Below are positions 53,496 to 64,000 of a DNA stretch of 64,000 nt, piece after piece (position 1 is the first letter of the stretch; each line of letters starts with the position of its first letter). Location of the stretch: the NCBI GenBank assembly GCA_021797555.1, contig JAJZZM010000015.1:2110-66109 (forward strand), in the 5' to 3' direction. This DNA is from Thermoplasmata archaeon (GTDB taxonomy: Archaea; Thermoplasmatota; Thermoplasmata; Thermoplasmatales; Thermoplasmataceae). The position numbers and the translations under genes were made by a program. The notes beneath the pieces were generated by a model that saw only the letters and a list, made by a program, of their open reading frames with translations, ran no database searches and was not told where the DNA came from.

Positions 53496-54422
53496 TTAAT
53501 TTATTGAATAGCTTTTTATTACGTCCTGCTTAAATGCCTTATATGCTATGGGTGTCATTTTATATTTTATATTTGTATGGTCTATAAATGAATCTATAAG
53601 CCAGGATGGCACTGTGCTTATTATATAACCTGCAACACCCATTATTTTATCTATGTTATCAATTTTTATTTCGGAATTTTTATAATCTCTCATATATGAA
53701 TTTATTATATTTATTTCATTGGTAAATGACCTCAGTGTTCTATTTATTATAATTAAATAAAATAGGTCTCTTTTATATTTATATATCAATGGGTACTGCC
53801 TTATAAACTCATTTATTTCAGGAATTACTCCTATAGGCAATGATTTTACAACCATGCAAAAATTATCTATTCTTCTATTTACATGGCATTCAAGATGTTT
53901 TTTGTATTCATATAAATATATATTTTTATTGCATAATCTGCATGTCATTGTTTCTGACATATTCGGCATGAACTTTTTTATTATATTATTTATATAAAAA
54001 TTTGTGCTCTTTATTATTTTATAATTAATATCATACAATATTTCAAGAGAATCATTAATTTTATTGATCCCTTCTATTTTTATTGCTATCTGGTAGTCAG
54101 CCTCAGTTTTACTTATATTTTCAAGGTCCAATCCATTTTTTTTGCCTATATAATGGATTTTTTTATTTAAATAACTATCATAAATATCCCTTTTAAAGTG
54201 TGTTTTTTCGAAGAAATCATCTATATAATCGGTTATATCATACATATCATATAACTGTACATATGCTATAATGTAATCCATATTTCCGTTATCATAAAGT
54301 TCTATCTCATCATTTTTTATTACAATATTACCGCAATCTAAGTTCTTTGAAAAATATGAGCCCAAATTATATGACATTATAAATTCAAATCCATATTTTT
54401 CTAGATATTTACATGTTTTCAT
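53496..54422 (-). CDS. Hypothetical protein with a C2H2-like motif
   Basis: CRLC-x11-HLECH. Confidence 0.6.
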   Translation of the reverse strand: MKTCKYLEKYGFEFIMSYNLGSYFSKNLDCGNIVIKNDEIELYDNGNMDYIIAYVQLYDMYDITDYIDDFFEKTHFKRDIYDSYLNKKIHYIGKKNGLDLENISKTEADYQIAIKIEGINKINDSLEILYDINYKIIKSTNFYINNIIKKFMPNMSETMTCRLCNKNIYLYEYKKHLECHVNRRIDNFCMVVKSLPIGVIPEINEFIRQYPLIYKYKRDLFYLIIINRTLRSFTNEINIINSYMRDYKNSEIKIDNIDKIMGVAGYIISTVPSWLIDSFIDHTNIKYKMTPIAYKAFKQDVIKSYSIN

Positions 54423-54497
54423 TAAAATTTACATACCATAGATATAATAATTATTTATGAATAAATTCTAAGAATATTAATTACTAACATTTAATAT

Positions 54498-54753
54498 AAA
54501 TGTGGATGAATTCCTATAATAAAATATTTATATAATATATTTTAATAACATCAAATAATAAGAGGAATAATAGAAGCACTTAAATTAAGGCTTCAACTCT
54601 TATAAATAAAATACCTGCGGAGTGCTTAAGGGAATATAAGCCTGTGGAGATTATTGCCTCTGCCCTTGAAGGACTAAAAGCCCGTATGTAATGGTAAGCA
54701 ATGGTCAATGAATCATGAAGCCTCTATGCTTTGGCATGAGATATCTTACTCAC
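54498..54753 (+). mobile_element. Miniature IS605-family derivative related to 8754-10343
   Basis: Left-end fragment ATGTGGATGAATT, short tnpB scrap, full right end terminating in TCAC. Confidence 0.85.
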
Positions 54754-54944
54754 GGAAAATATCATATGTTCTCTATTATTTCCTATAATTACTTTATAAA
54801 TTTATATATTTTTTATTTACCGTCATTTTTATATGGATCAAGGTGTAACAATATTATTGCCATGCAATGAATTGTGTTATGTTTTATGTTTTATACTAAA
54901 CTAATATACATACATTTTTATATATAAATAAAATAAAGATAATA

Positions 54945-55871
54945 ATGTTAATAAACAGCATACACAGTAAAATAGATATGAAATGTAAATTATATATAAA
55001 GGTCGAATCATACATTTTCAGGATTTCTTCAGTTCATGATATGGTTATGCCAGTGTTTTTAACTGAATCTAACAATGAATTATATTTAAGGGTGTTTATT
55101 GAAAAAAATAATATGGTTGTTGCCATGAAAAATTTAATGGGCTTTATTGAATCGGAGGAAAGGAATAATTATTATGTGTTAACCGAAAAAATATTTGATA
55201 GCAATGTTAAGGAACTTATTGACGCATTATTTAAAATTCCTAGTGTGATTATGGCAGAGCCATCAATTGAAAATGGCAAATTAGTTATAGAATTCAGATT
55301 TCACCACAATTACAGCAAAAAGGTAAGTGATGTATTGTCATTAAAAATTATGAAGCCATTATTTATAGATAAAATTGAATATCAACCAGCAGAGGATATT
55401 TTAACAATGTTAATGAAAAAGAATGAAAAAAAGAAAATATCTGTGATAAAATATAAAATCCCTATTGAATCATATGAAGATAAAAATCTTATAGATGCCG
55501 TAAAAAAACATAATGTAATAGTTGAAATAATAGATTCATATAAAAATTTAGATTATTTTAATACCATAGTTTATTCAGATGATAATATTGATGGTCTCAC
55601 AAAAATAGCGGATAATATATATTATACTAAAATTAAAACAGTAATGCTTGAAAAACTCCGGGAAAAAGCTAATAGTATAGGTATTTATAGGGATGCCATA
55701 TTTGGAACAATTGAGGGTAATTACATAGTAATGACTGCATTTTTATCAGCATACAGGGCAATAGATTATATGAAAATATTGTTCTCAAATTCATATGAGC
55801 TTGCAGGTAAGAACACAGTATCGCTTGATATTGTATGTCAACTTAGTAATGATATCTATAAATATTTATAA
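54945..55871 (+). CDS. Hypothetical protein, tandem paralog 1
   Basis: 308 aa, homologous end to end with the next ORF. Confidence 0.8.
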   Translation: MLINSIHSKIDMKCKLYIKVESYIFRISSVHDMVMPVFLTESNNELYLRVFIEKNNMVVAMKNLMGFIESEERNNYYVLTEKIFDSNVKELIDALFKIPSVIMAEPSIENGKLVIEFRFHHNYSKKVSDVLSLKIMKPLFIDKIEYQPAEDILTMLMKKNEKKKISVIKYKIPIESYEDKNLIDAVKKHNVIVEIIDSYKNLDYFNTIVYSDDNIDGLTKIADNIYYTKIKTVMLEKLREKANSIGIYRDAIFGTIEGNYIVMTAFLSAYRAIDYMKILFSNSYELAGKNTVSLDIVCQLSNDIYKYL

Positions 55872-55937
55872 ATTATAATAAATTATATAAAAATTTAAAG
55901 TGAAATCATTTTTATACATCAATGCAATTAAAGTATA

Positions 55938-56861
55938 ATGTTGTTAAACCAGATAAAAAATCAATTAGATAGAAAATGCAAATTATATATAAATATGCCA
56001 TCATATATTTTTAGGATTGCAAAGGTTCATGATATGAAGATACCTGTATTTTTAAGGGAATATGATAATAATATATACTTAAAGGCTTTAATTTATAAAA
56101 ATTCAGAGGATTCAAATTTGGTGGAAAATTTAATGCCATTTCTTGAATCGGAGGAAAAGGACAATTATTACATTATAACTGAAAAATTAAACAGTGATAG
56201 TATAAAGGAACTTATTGACAATTTATATAGTATAAAATCACTTTCACTAGGATCCACGTCAATTGAAAATGGCAAATTAGTTATAGAATTCAGATTTCAT
56301 CACAATTACAGCAAAAAGGTAAGTGATGTATTGTCATTAAAAATTATGAAGCCATTATTTATAGATAAAATTGAATATCAACCTCTAGATAATTTATTTT
56401 CATTATTTTTTCAGGAAAAATTGCCTTTATGTGTTGTAAGATATAAAATACCATTAGGAATATATAAAGATAATAGCATCATAAATACAATAAAAAACCA
56501 TAAGGCAGTGGTAGAAATTTCGAATACATGTATGAATACAGAACTTATCAACGCTATTGTATTTTCAGAAGATGAAATATATGAATTTGATAAAATAGCT
56601 GATAACATATATAGTTTAACATTAGAAACCAATTTATTGAGTAATCTAAGAGAAAAGTTAGGTAATATAGCACTTCAAAGATATGGGATATTTGGGGCAG
56701 TTAACGATAATTATCTTGTTGTAACTGTTTTTGTTCCATCATACAGGTCATTAGATTATATTAAAACAATATTATCAAATCTCTATGAATATAATGAAAA
56801 AAATACCATATTGCTTGATATTGTAAAACCGTTAGATAAGAATATTATTAATTACATTTAA
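55938..56861 (+). CDS. Hypothetical protein, tandem paralog 2
   Basis: 307 aa, shares the FRFHHNYS block. Confidence 0.8.
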   Translation: MLLNQIKNQLDRKCKLYINMPSYIFRIAKVHDMKIPVFLREYDNNIYLKALIYKNSEDSNLVENLMPFLESEEKDNYYIITEKLNSDSIKELIDNLYSIKSLSLGSTSIENGKLVIEFRFHHNYSKKVSDVLSLKIMKPLFIDKIEYQPLDNLFSLFFQEKLPLCVVRYKIPLGIYKDNSIINTIKNHKAVVEISNTCMNTELINAIVFSEDEIYEFDKIADNIYSLTLETNLLSNLREKLGNIALQRYGIFGAVNDNYLVVTVFVPSYRSLDYIKTILSNLYEYNEKNTILLDIVKPLDKNIINYI

Positions 56862-57083
56862 TTAATGCATTAGCAGATAATATAATTTATTTTAAACATT
56901 GCACATATTATTTTTACATTATAAATATTTATATTGGTTTATATAATTATTAAAGTAAATATATGGAAGACCTAAAAATATTATATGATTATGGGTTCTG
57001 CAACTATTTGAAATATATATAATATAAATATTAAATATAATTTCGAAACTATTATATTACTGCACAAAATATAGGCTTATATT

Positions 57084-58220
57084 ATGGCATTGAATATAAA
57101 TATAGATCATATCAAAAAAATGGTTTACGATAAATTCTCTATCAATGTAAACAATGTAGAAAATAATGTAGAAGTTCAGGGTACTCTGCTTTCACACAAA
57201 TTTGATTATATAGCATCAAACAGTGAAAAAATCGCCATTAAAATTATTGATAGTTTGGATGCAACATCAGAAATAATGGCATTTCATTCTGAATTAGAGG
57301 ATTGCAATATTAATAATAGTATGATAATAGTAAATAGGGAACTAAGTGCCAATGAAATAAATATTTTAAAGGCATATGATATTAAAATATCGGATTATAG
57401 AAATTATTCAGGTTTGAGCTACCGTTTTAGATTTGGCATTCCTGATCTTGATATGCAACTTTTTGGTGGCCTGCGGTCTGGTTTTGTTTATTTAATATCA
57501 GGTAAAGCCGGTTCAGGAAAAACTACATTATCAAGCATGTTCCTTTCGGAAGGTGCAAAAAATGGCCAGAATGGAATAATGATTTTAACAGACACATTTC
57601 CGGAAGAGTATTTAAATAATATAAAAACAATGAATATAAATTTTTATGAAAATTATAAAAATGGAATAATAGACGTTATAGAAATTTCAGATCAGATAAG
57701 ATCCATGAAAATTGATGTATTAAATCAGAAAACAGATTTCAGGAAGTTCATAACAAAAATAATTTCTGAATTAAAGAAACTTATAATATCAAAAAATATA
57801 AAAAGAGTGGTTATAGACCAGGTAACCTTGCTTTTGATGCCAAATGATGATTATATAAATTTATTTATAAACAGCCTTGCAATGAATGATGTAATAGTAA
57901 TTATAACAAGTGGCGTACGTGCTTCAGATTTTAGTGTTTTTGGTGTTGAAGAAAATTATGTAACAGGCATAATCAAATTAGAATATAAACTAACAGATAC
58001 AGGTATGGAAAGAACTATGAGGATACCAAAAATGCGAGGGTCGCAGTTCAATCCAATGCCTATGAAATTTAATATAACTTCAAATGGCATAGAAATAATA
58101 TCAAACGAGGCAAATAATAGGAATAACTTTGATGATTTAGAAAAATTATATCCATACAAAGATAAAAAAAATGATGATTTAATAGATAGCAATAGCTTAT
58201 TCAAACAATTTAGGGGATAA
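57084..58220 (+). CDS. KaiC/RAD55-like ATPase with N-terminal restriction-endonuclease-like domain
   Basis: GKAGSGKT, RVVID, GVEENYVTGII, KMRGS; N-terminal GTLLSHKFDY. Confidence 0.85.
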   Translation: MALNINIDHIKKMVYDKFSINVNNVENNVEVQGTLLSHKFDYIASNSEKIAIKIIDSLDATSEIMAFHSELEDCNINNSMIIVNRELSANEINILKAYDIKISDYRNYSGLSYRFRFGIPDLDMQLFGGLRSGFVYLISGKAGSGKTTLSSMFLSEGAKNGQNGIMILTDTFPEEYLNNIKTMNINFYENYKNGIIDVIEISDQIRSMKIDVLNQKTDFRKFITKIISELKKLIISKNIKRVVIDQVTLLLMPNDDYINLFINSLAMNDVIVIITSGVRASDFSVFGVEENYVTGIIKLEYKLTDTGMERTMRIPKMRGSQFNPMPMKFNITSNGIEIISNEANNRNNFDDLEKLYPYKDKKNDDLIDSNSLFKQFRG

Positions 58221-58221
58221 T

Positions 58222-59748
58222 ATGAAAAAATATTTCTATATTATGAATATACTTACAGTTTTAACATTAATTTTTATATTCATAGGCATATTTTCATCAG
58301 TTTATGCTGTAACAATATTACATAATGGCAACATCGTCGATGATTTTTTTTCAGTGTTTTTCTGGTTAGCAACATTATTCTTTGGCATACAGAGTTTATC
58401 ATTTATGCTTGCATTCAGGAGAAGCAAATATAAATATGATACAACAACATCGAATAGTTTTATAAAATCATACAGGGAGAAAATAGCAATTTTAGTTCCA
58501 ATATACAATGAAGATATCAATATGGCAATGACAAATTTAATGGCAATATACAGTAATGTAGGAAATATTGCAAAACTGTATATATTAGATGATTCCACAA
58601 ACGATACGTCAACAAAACTAAGGGAGATATCGGATAAAATGAATGCAGTTTATATCCATAGAACAGATAGAACAGGATATAAGGCCGGTGCATTAAATAA
58701 CGCATTAAAAAATTTTGTTAATCAGGAATACGTTACGGTTCTGGATATTGACCAGATGCCGTCACCCGATTTTGTTCGGGAAACTGTAAATCTCCTGGAC
58801 AATAATCCTGACGCGGCATTTATCCAGGTTCCACAGTATTATGCAAACACGGATGCAAGTGCATTGGCCGAAATGGCTGAGGCACAGCAGTTTATTTTTT
58901 ATGAAATATTAACAGAGGGCAAGAGTGTACTGGGTTCATTATTTTCATGTGGAACCAATGTTATATATAGAAGATCAGCACTGGCAGAAGTAAATTATTT
59001 TGATGGGACAAATCTGGTTGAGGACATTGCAACATCGGTTAATATGATATCAAAAGGATATAAGGGTTTATATTACAATAAAAAACTTGTATTTGGTAGG
59101 GCACCTACAACAATGGAGGGATATATAAATCAGCAATGGAGGTGGTCAGCCGGTTCACTGGCACTTATGAAAAAAATTTTTAAAAATATAATATTCAAAA
59201 GAAAATATGGTCTGAAAATGAAAATAGACTGGTTTGCAACATCAACATGGTATTTATTTGGCTGGTTCTATTTAATGTTTTTATTAGCCCCAATACTTGA
59301 TATTTTTCATGTGAGGGTATTGATAATGAATCCGTATATTTACATACTGGCATGGCTGCCATACACTATAGTTTTAATGTTTACATTTATAATGACGCAT
59401 GTGGATAAGGGCGCACCCATGAAATATGTTTTTTATAATATGGCTGCAAATTTAGTTTTATTTCCACTGAGCATATCGGTTACATTAAGCGTTATATTAA
59501 AAAAGAAAAAGCCATTTACAACTGCAAGGACAGGTGGTAAGCTTCCATGGTATAAATTTTTGCCGCAGATAATAATTATGGTATCGATATTTATAGCATC
59601 ATCAATATTAACATATGAGGGTGGCTTTTATAATTATATAACAGCATTCTGGGGTTATTTCCAGTTTATGCTTCTAACACCTATATTTATATTAAATAGG
59701 ACTCCAAGGGAGTCATCAATTGATATTCCTGTTTTCAAGGATTATTGA
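58222..59748 (+). CDS. Processive GT2 glycosyltransferase, cellulose synthase-like
   Basis: DDS, YKAGALN, DID, QVPQ, VED, QQWRW, multiple TM segments; no PilZ tail. Confidence 0.9.
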   Translation: MKKYFYIMNILTVLTLIFIFIGIFSSVYAVTILHNGNIVDDFFSVFFWLATLFFGIQSLSFMLAFRRSKYKYDTTTSNSFIKSYREKIAILVPIYNEDINMAMTNLMAIYSNVGNIAKLYILDDSTNDTSTKLREISDKMNAVYIHRTDRTGYKAGALNNALKNFVNQEYVTVLDIDQMPSPDFVRETVNLLDNNPDAAFIQVPQYYANTDASALAEMAEAQQFIFYEILTEGKSVLGSLFSCGTNVIYRRSALAEVNYFDGTNLVEDIATSVNMISKGYKGLYYNKKLVFGRAPTTMEGYINQQWRWSAGSLALMKKIFKNIIFKRKYGLKMKIDWFATSTWYLFGWFYLMFLLAPILDIFHVRVLIMNPYIYILAWLPYTIVLMFTFIMTHVDKGAPMKYVFYNMAANLVLFPLSISVTLSVILKKKKPFTTARTGGKLPWYKFLPQIIIMVSIFIASSILTYEGGFYNYITAFWGYFQFMLLTPIFILNRTPRESSIDIPVFKDY

Positions 59749-59852
59749 TTAAAATATTGTTTTTCCATATTATTATTCCATTATATGGTTTTCTTATATT
59801 ATTTATTATTCCATCTATGTTTATATTTTCCATATATTATGTAGTTTTCTAT

Positions 59853-60668
59853 TTATATATTTATTCTTTCGGGCTTTGTGTATATATTAAATCTATTATC
59901 CCTGACAAAAGAAATCAATGTTATATTGAACGCTTCTGCGAGTTCAATTGCCAGTGATGATGGTGCAGAAACAGAGCTTATAACCGATATGCCGAACATT
60001 GAGGCTTTCTGTACTATCTCAAAGCTTGCCCTGCCACTTACCTGCATTAATGTATCTTCCCTGCGGTCAATGCCATTCAATAGAAATTTGCCTATTGACT
60101 TGTCAACAGCGTTATGCCTGCCAATATCCTCGGAAATATTTAATAAATTCCCTGAATAATCAAATATGGCTGCAGCATGTATGCCGCCGGTATACCTGAA
60201 TATTTTCTGGTTGTTTTTCATTTTGCCCGGCAATGAAAGGATTAGATCAGGTTCTATCATCTCCTTTATTTTGATTATTTTAGGGTTTTTTATAAAAACA
60301 TTGTCTATATTTGTTTTGCCGCATACACCGCAGCTTGAGTTAACATAGAAGTTTCTTTCATTAATTAAATCCTTATTTATATTTTTAACATAAACATTTA
60401 TTATATTATTCATTTCATTTGTTTTTGAATTTTTATCATAATCCATGGATATATAATCATCAAGTTTTATTGTCCCCTCATCAAATAAAAAACCCAGTGC
60501 CAGAGGAAAGTCATCTACAGGTGTCCTCATTATTACTGATACCGGCTCAATATCATTGTTATTTACTAACCTTATTTCAAGTGGCTCCTCACCGGTAATA
60601 TAATCATCATAATTACTGGCACTGCCTGAAAAAAATTTAATAATTTTTTTATTTATATATGCATTCAT
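59853..60668 (-). CDS. fdhD: Formate dehydrogenase accessory sulfurtransferase
   Basis: EEPL, MRTP, SSCGVCG, EDIGRHNAVDK. Confidence 0.95.
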   Translation of the reverse strand: MNAYINKKIIKFFSGSASNYDDYITGEEPLEIRLVNNNDIEPVSVIMRTPVDDFPLALGFLFDEGTIKLDDYISMDYDKNSKTNEMNNIINVYVKNINKDLINERNFYVNSSCGVCGKTNIDNVFIKNPKIIKIKEMIEPDLILSLPGKMKNNQKIFRYTGGIHAAAIFDYSGNLLNISEDIGRHNAVDKSIGKFLLNGIDRREDTLMQVSGRASFEIVQKASMFGISVISSVSAPSSLAIELAEAFNITLISFVRDNRFNIYTKPERINI

Positions 60669-61093
60669 TTTTCTATTCCTGATAATATTTTCAGGAATAA
60701 CATTATTGTTTTAGCAGTATCCTTATTGTTTATCAGTTTTATTATCTCAGTTATTCCATACCTATCCTCGCTTAGTTCTGCACTGTTTATTGAATCGCCA
60801 AGTTTTGACATTAAATCATATGTTCTATCAGTGTCTATTTTGGATAATAGCGCAAAAACATTAAAAATATTTGTAACAGCCTTTTTCGTATCATCTGAAT
60901 TCAGCTGGTCAGACATGGAATCAATTATATATTTATAATTCCTGGCCATTGCATTAATTAATGTTAATAAACCGGAATCATTCAAGGATTTAACCGTTTT
61001 AAACAGATTATCAATGCTCTCTTTATATTCTTTAGGTATCAGCGTGTTAGTCTCTTCATCAACATTTTCAATATATTCTATAGGTTTTGCCAT
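60665..61093 (-). CDS. DUF1641 family protein
   Basis: MAKPIEY start; typical position next to this FDH type. Confidence 0.7.
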   Translation of the reverse strand: MAKPIEYIENVDEETNTLIPKEYKESIDNLFKTVKSLNDSGLLTLINAMARNYKYIIDSMSDQLNSDDTKKAVTNIFNVFALLSKIDTDRTYDLMSKLGDSINSAELSEDRYGITEIIKLINNKDTAKTIMLFLKILSGIEK

Positions 61094-61094
61094 T

Positions 61095-64000
61095 TCAATC
61101 ATCCGTTAATTTTTTATAATCACTTCTCTTCCATTTCATCTCTATATTTATCCCCTTCTGTGGAAAACGCCTATAATATCTTGGGTTTGTCTTCGGCAGC
61201 GGTGAATCACCACTTTCCTTTAATTTTGTTATTTTTACGGGCAATTCTTTGTATGCAGGTGTATCTGAATCAGGGTCGGTTGTATATGAAGTTAATAAAT
61301 TAACACCGTTATTTTCACCTATGGCATTCATTGGCATGTATAATTCATTGTGGCTTACCCTGTCAGTTATTAATGCCTTAACCTTTACACTGCCCCATTT
61401 AGATGTTACCCTTACATAATCGCCGGTATTTAACTTATATTCTTTTGCGAGTTCCTCCGAGATCTCGATAAATGAATCCGGAACCTTTTCTTTTATGCCT
61501 GCTGTTTTGAATGTCTCATTGCCCTCATGGAAGTGCTCAAGCATTCTGCCATTATTTAAATGCAGTGGGTATTCTTCGCTTTCTGTTAAGGGTGGCCTGT
61601 ATTTTAAAGAATAAAGCCTTGCCTTTCCATCCGGGAAATGAAATTCCTTTTCATATAAATATTCTGTACCTTCACCATTTTCCTTCATTGGCCACTGTAA
61701 ACTCTTAAACCCTTCAAGCTTTGTATAATTAACACCTTTAAACATAGGTGATAATTCCGCGGCCTCATCCATTATATCGGAAGGATGGCTATAATTCCAT
61801 TTAGCGCCAAGATTGTTTGCTATTTTCTGTATTATTTCCCAGTCAGGTTTTGTATCGGCATATGGATCCATTACCCTATATAATCTTTGTATTCTCCTTT
61901 CTGTATTTGTGAATGTCCCTTCCTTTTCAAGGCTTACGGATGACGGGAGGATAACATCCGCAAATTTTGCTGTTTCAGAGAAGAATGGATCCTCCACTAT
62001 AAGGAAATCAAGTTTTCCTAATGATTCCCGCACCATATTTGAATCCGGTCCAGTGGAGGCAAGTTCCTCTCCTACAACGTACATTGCTTTTATTTTATTA
62101 TTATCAATGTTCTCTATGCACGATACATTATCTATTCCGGGCTTACTGGATAATTTTGTTTTCCATGCCTTTTCAAATTTATCTATTATTTTATTATCAT
62201 TTATTGGCTGGTATCCCGGCAAATATGTAGGCATTGAACCAAAATCGCTTGCTCCCTGTACATTGTTGTGTCCCCTTAATGGATATGCCCCTGTTCCGGG
62301 CCTACCATAATTGCCGGTTATCAATAATAGATTTGATATTGCTGTGGAAACATCAGAACCTGCAGAATGCTGGGTAACTCCCATTGCCCAGAGTATGCAC
62401 ATGCTCTTTACACTGTGGATCATTTCAGCTGTTTTTATTATTTTATCTCTGCTTATATTTGCTATTTCCTCAGCATTTTCCAGTGTAAATGCTTCCAAGC
62501 TCTTATAATACTCATCAAAATTGTTTACCCTTTTATTTATAAAATCCTTATCATGCCAGTTTTTATCTATTATATATTTTGTAATTGCAGATAATAATAC
62601 GAGGTCCGTTCCGGGTGCAGGATGCAGATATATGTCGGCACGTTCTGCCATTTCATTTTTCCTTAAATCTGAAACTATTAATTTCTGCCCATTTAATTTA
62701 TGTGCCCTTTTAACTCTTGTTGCCAAAACCGGATGTGATTCTGCAGTATTTGCACCAACAATCATTACAAGTTCAGATTTATATATGTCCTGTATTGACC
62801 CTGCATCCCCTCCATAGCCTACAGTTCTCCACAGTCCGGTAGTTGCAGGGGCCTGGCAGAATCTTGATGAATTATCAATATTATTATTGTGGAACACCTG
62901 CCTGGCAAGTTTCTGCATTAAATATGATTCCTCGTTTGTTCCCTTTGATGAGGCTATAAACATTACAGATTCATTGCCATATTTCTCAGAGGCTTTTTTC
63001 AAGCCGTCTGCTGCAAATCTTAAAGCCTCATCCCATGACGCTTCCACAAATTTTCCATTTTTCCTTATCAATGGTCTTTTTAATCTATCACTGCTGTTAA
63101 CAAAGTCCCATCCAAATTTGCCTTTAATGCAGGTAGATATTCCATTTGCAGGAGATTCAACCTCTGGCTGTACCTTTAAAATTTTTCTTCCTTTAGTCCA
63201 CATTGTGTATGAACATCCGACACCGCAGTATGTGCATACAGTTTTTGTCTTTTTTATCTGTTCATTTCTCATCTGTGATTCAATATTGCTGATTTTCATT
63301 ATCATTCCAATGCCTGTAGGTTTTTCTAATCCCTTTCCAAAATCCACTAAATTATCCTTCGCTTTTTTTGTCAATGATGTAAAATAACCCGCCTCTTCCA
63401 GCATCGGCTTCTCCATCAATGCATTTACGGGGCAAACAGTTACACAGTGGCCACAGGAAACACATGAAGACTCATTTATAGGCCTGTTGTCATCCCATAT
63501 AACCCTTGGTTTTTCCATGGACCAGTCTATGCTAAGTGTTTCATTGACCTCAATGTCCTGGCATGCCTCAACACACCTGCCACATAATATGCATTCATCC
63601 GGGTCATACCTGTAAAATGGGTTTGAATAATCAGGTTCGTACCCCTTTTTCTCAAATGGGTATTCCTGCCTGTCTAAATTTAACTGGTCAACAGCATTAT
63701 GCAGTGCACAGTCACCGTTGTTATTTTCACATACTGTACAGTGTAAATTATGCCTTGTTAACAATCTATTCACGGCCTCTAATTGCCTTGAGTGTACATC
63801 TTCTGCTTCATATGATATATCCATATTATCTTCAATTCCTGTTGAACATGACCTTACAAATTTGCCATTTGCCTTAACAATGCATGTATCACATGATTCT
63901 ATAGGCCCAAGAGCAGGATTGTAACATACATGTGGTATATCTATATTATTTTCTGTCATGGCTTCAAGAATAGTTTTACCCTTTTCGGCGTTGTATTCTT
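61095..64000 (-). CDS. fdhF: Formate dehydrogenase alpha subunit (Mo/W-bisPGD, Cys ligand); 5' end outside the window
   Basis: Fe-S motifs, CTYCGVGC, SSRFCQ, RGHNNVQG; frame stays open to 64000. Confidence 0.93.
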   Translation of the reverse strand, partial: EYNAEKGKTILEAMTENNIDIPHVCYNPALGPIESCDTCIVKANGKFVRSCSTGIEDNMDISYEAEDVHSRQLEAVNRLLTRHNLHCTVCENNNGDCALHNAVDQLNLDRQEYPFEKKGYEPDYSNPFYRYDPDECILCGRCVEACQDIEVNETLSIDWSMEKPRVIWDDNRPINESSCVSCGHCVTVCPVNALMEKPMLEEAGYFTSLTKKAKDNLVDFGKGLEKPTGIGMIMKISNIESQMRNEQIKKTKTVCTYCGVGCSYTMWTKGRKILKVQPEVESPANGISTCIKGKFGWDFVNSSDRLKRPLIRKNGKFVEASWDEALRFAADGLKKASEKYGNESVMFIASSKGTNEESYLMQKLARQVFHNNNIDNSSRFCQAPATTGLWRTVGYGGDAGSIQDIYKSELVMIVGANTAESHPVLATRVKRAHKLNGQKLIVSDLRKNEMAERADIYLHPAPGTDLVLLSAITKYIIDKNWHDKDFINKRVNNFDEYYKSLEAFTLENAEEIANISRDKIIKTAEMIHSVKSMCILWAMGVTQHSAGSDVSTAISNLLLITGNYGRPGTGAYPLRGHNNVQGASDFGSMPTYLPGYQPINDNKIIDKFEKAWKTKLSSKPGIDNVSCIENIDNNKIKAMYVVGEELASTGPDSNMVRESLGKLDFLIVEDPFFSETAKFADVILPSSVSLEKEGTFTNTERRIQRLYRVMDPYADTKPDWEIIQKIANNLGAKWNYSHPSDIMDEAAELSPMFKGVNYTKLEGFKSLQWPMKENGEGTEYLYEKEFHFPDGKARLYSLKYRPPLTESEEYPLHLNNGRMLEHFHEGNETFKTAGIKEKVPDSFIEISEELAKEYKLNTGDYVRVTSKWGSVKVKALITDRVSHNELYMPMNAIGENNGVNLLTSYTTDPDSDTPAYKELPVKITKLKESGDSPLPKTNPRYYRRFPQKGINIEMKWKRSDYKKLTDD

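Overview
Very AT-rich archaeal DNA. Gene content, GGTGA ribosome-binding sites and TATA boxes about 25 nt before start codons point to Thermoplasmatales (Acidiplasma/Ferroplasma/Picrophilus-like); this is an inference. The first ~32 kb is an accessory conflict/defence region. It begins with an unannotated minus-strand ORF at the left edge that resembles the N-L1-PAZ half of a prokaryotic Argonaute. Next is a candidate polymorphic archaeocin locus: secreted precursor, immunity-like membrane protein, orphan alternative C-terminus, second immunity-like protein. The region also holds several toxin-antitoxin pairs (Panacea/PIN, VapBC, MNT-HEPN, AbiE), an SNF2+SWIM pair, AAA+ ATPases with palindromic operators, a TnpB element inserted in a HEPN gene, and many decayed IS481/IS605 remnants. 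The remainder is mostly metabolism: glgX, amino-acid catabolism, ilvBNC/ilvD with an attenuator-like leader, amt, split glutamate synthase, a KaiC-like ATPase plus cellulose-synthase-like GT2, and fdhD/formate dehydrogenase. No tRNA, rRNA or CRISPR array was seen. All family calls come from reading motifs by eye, not from database searches.
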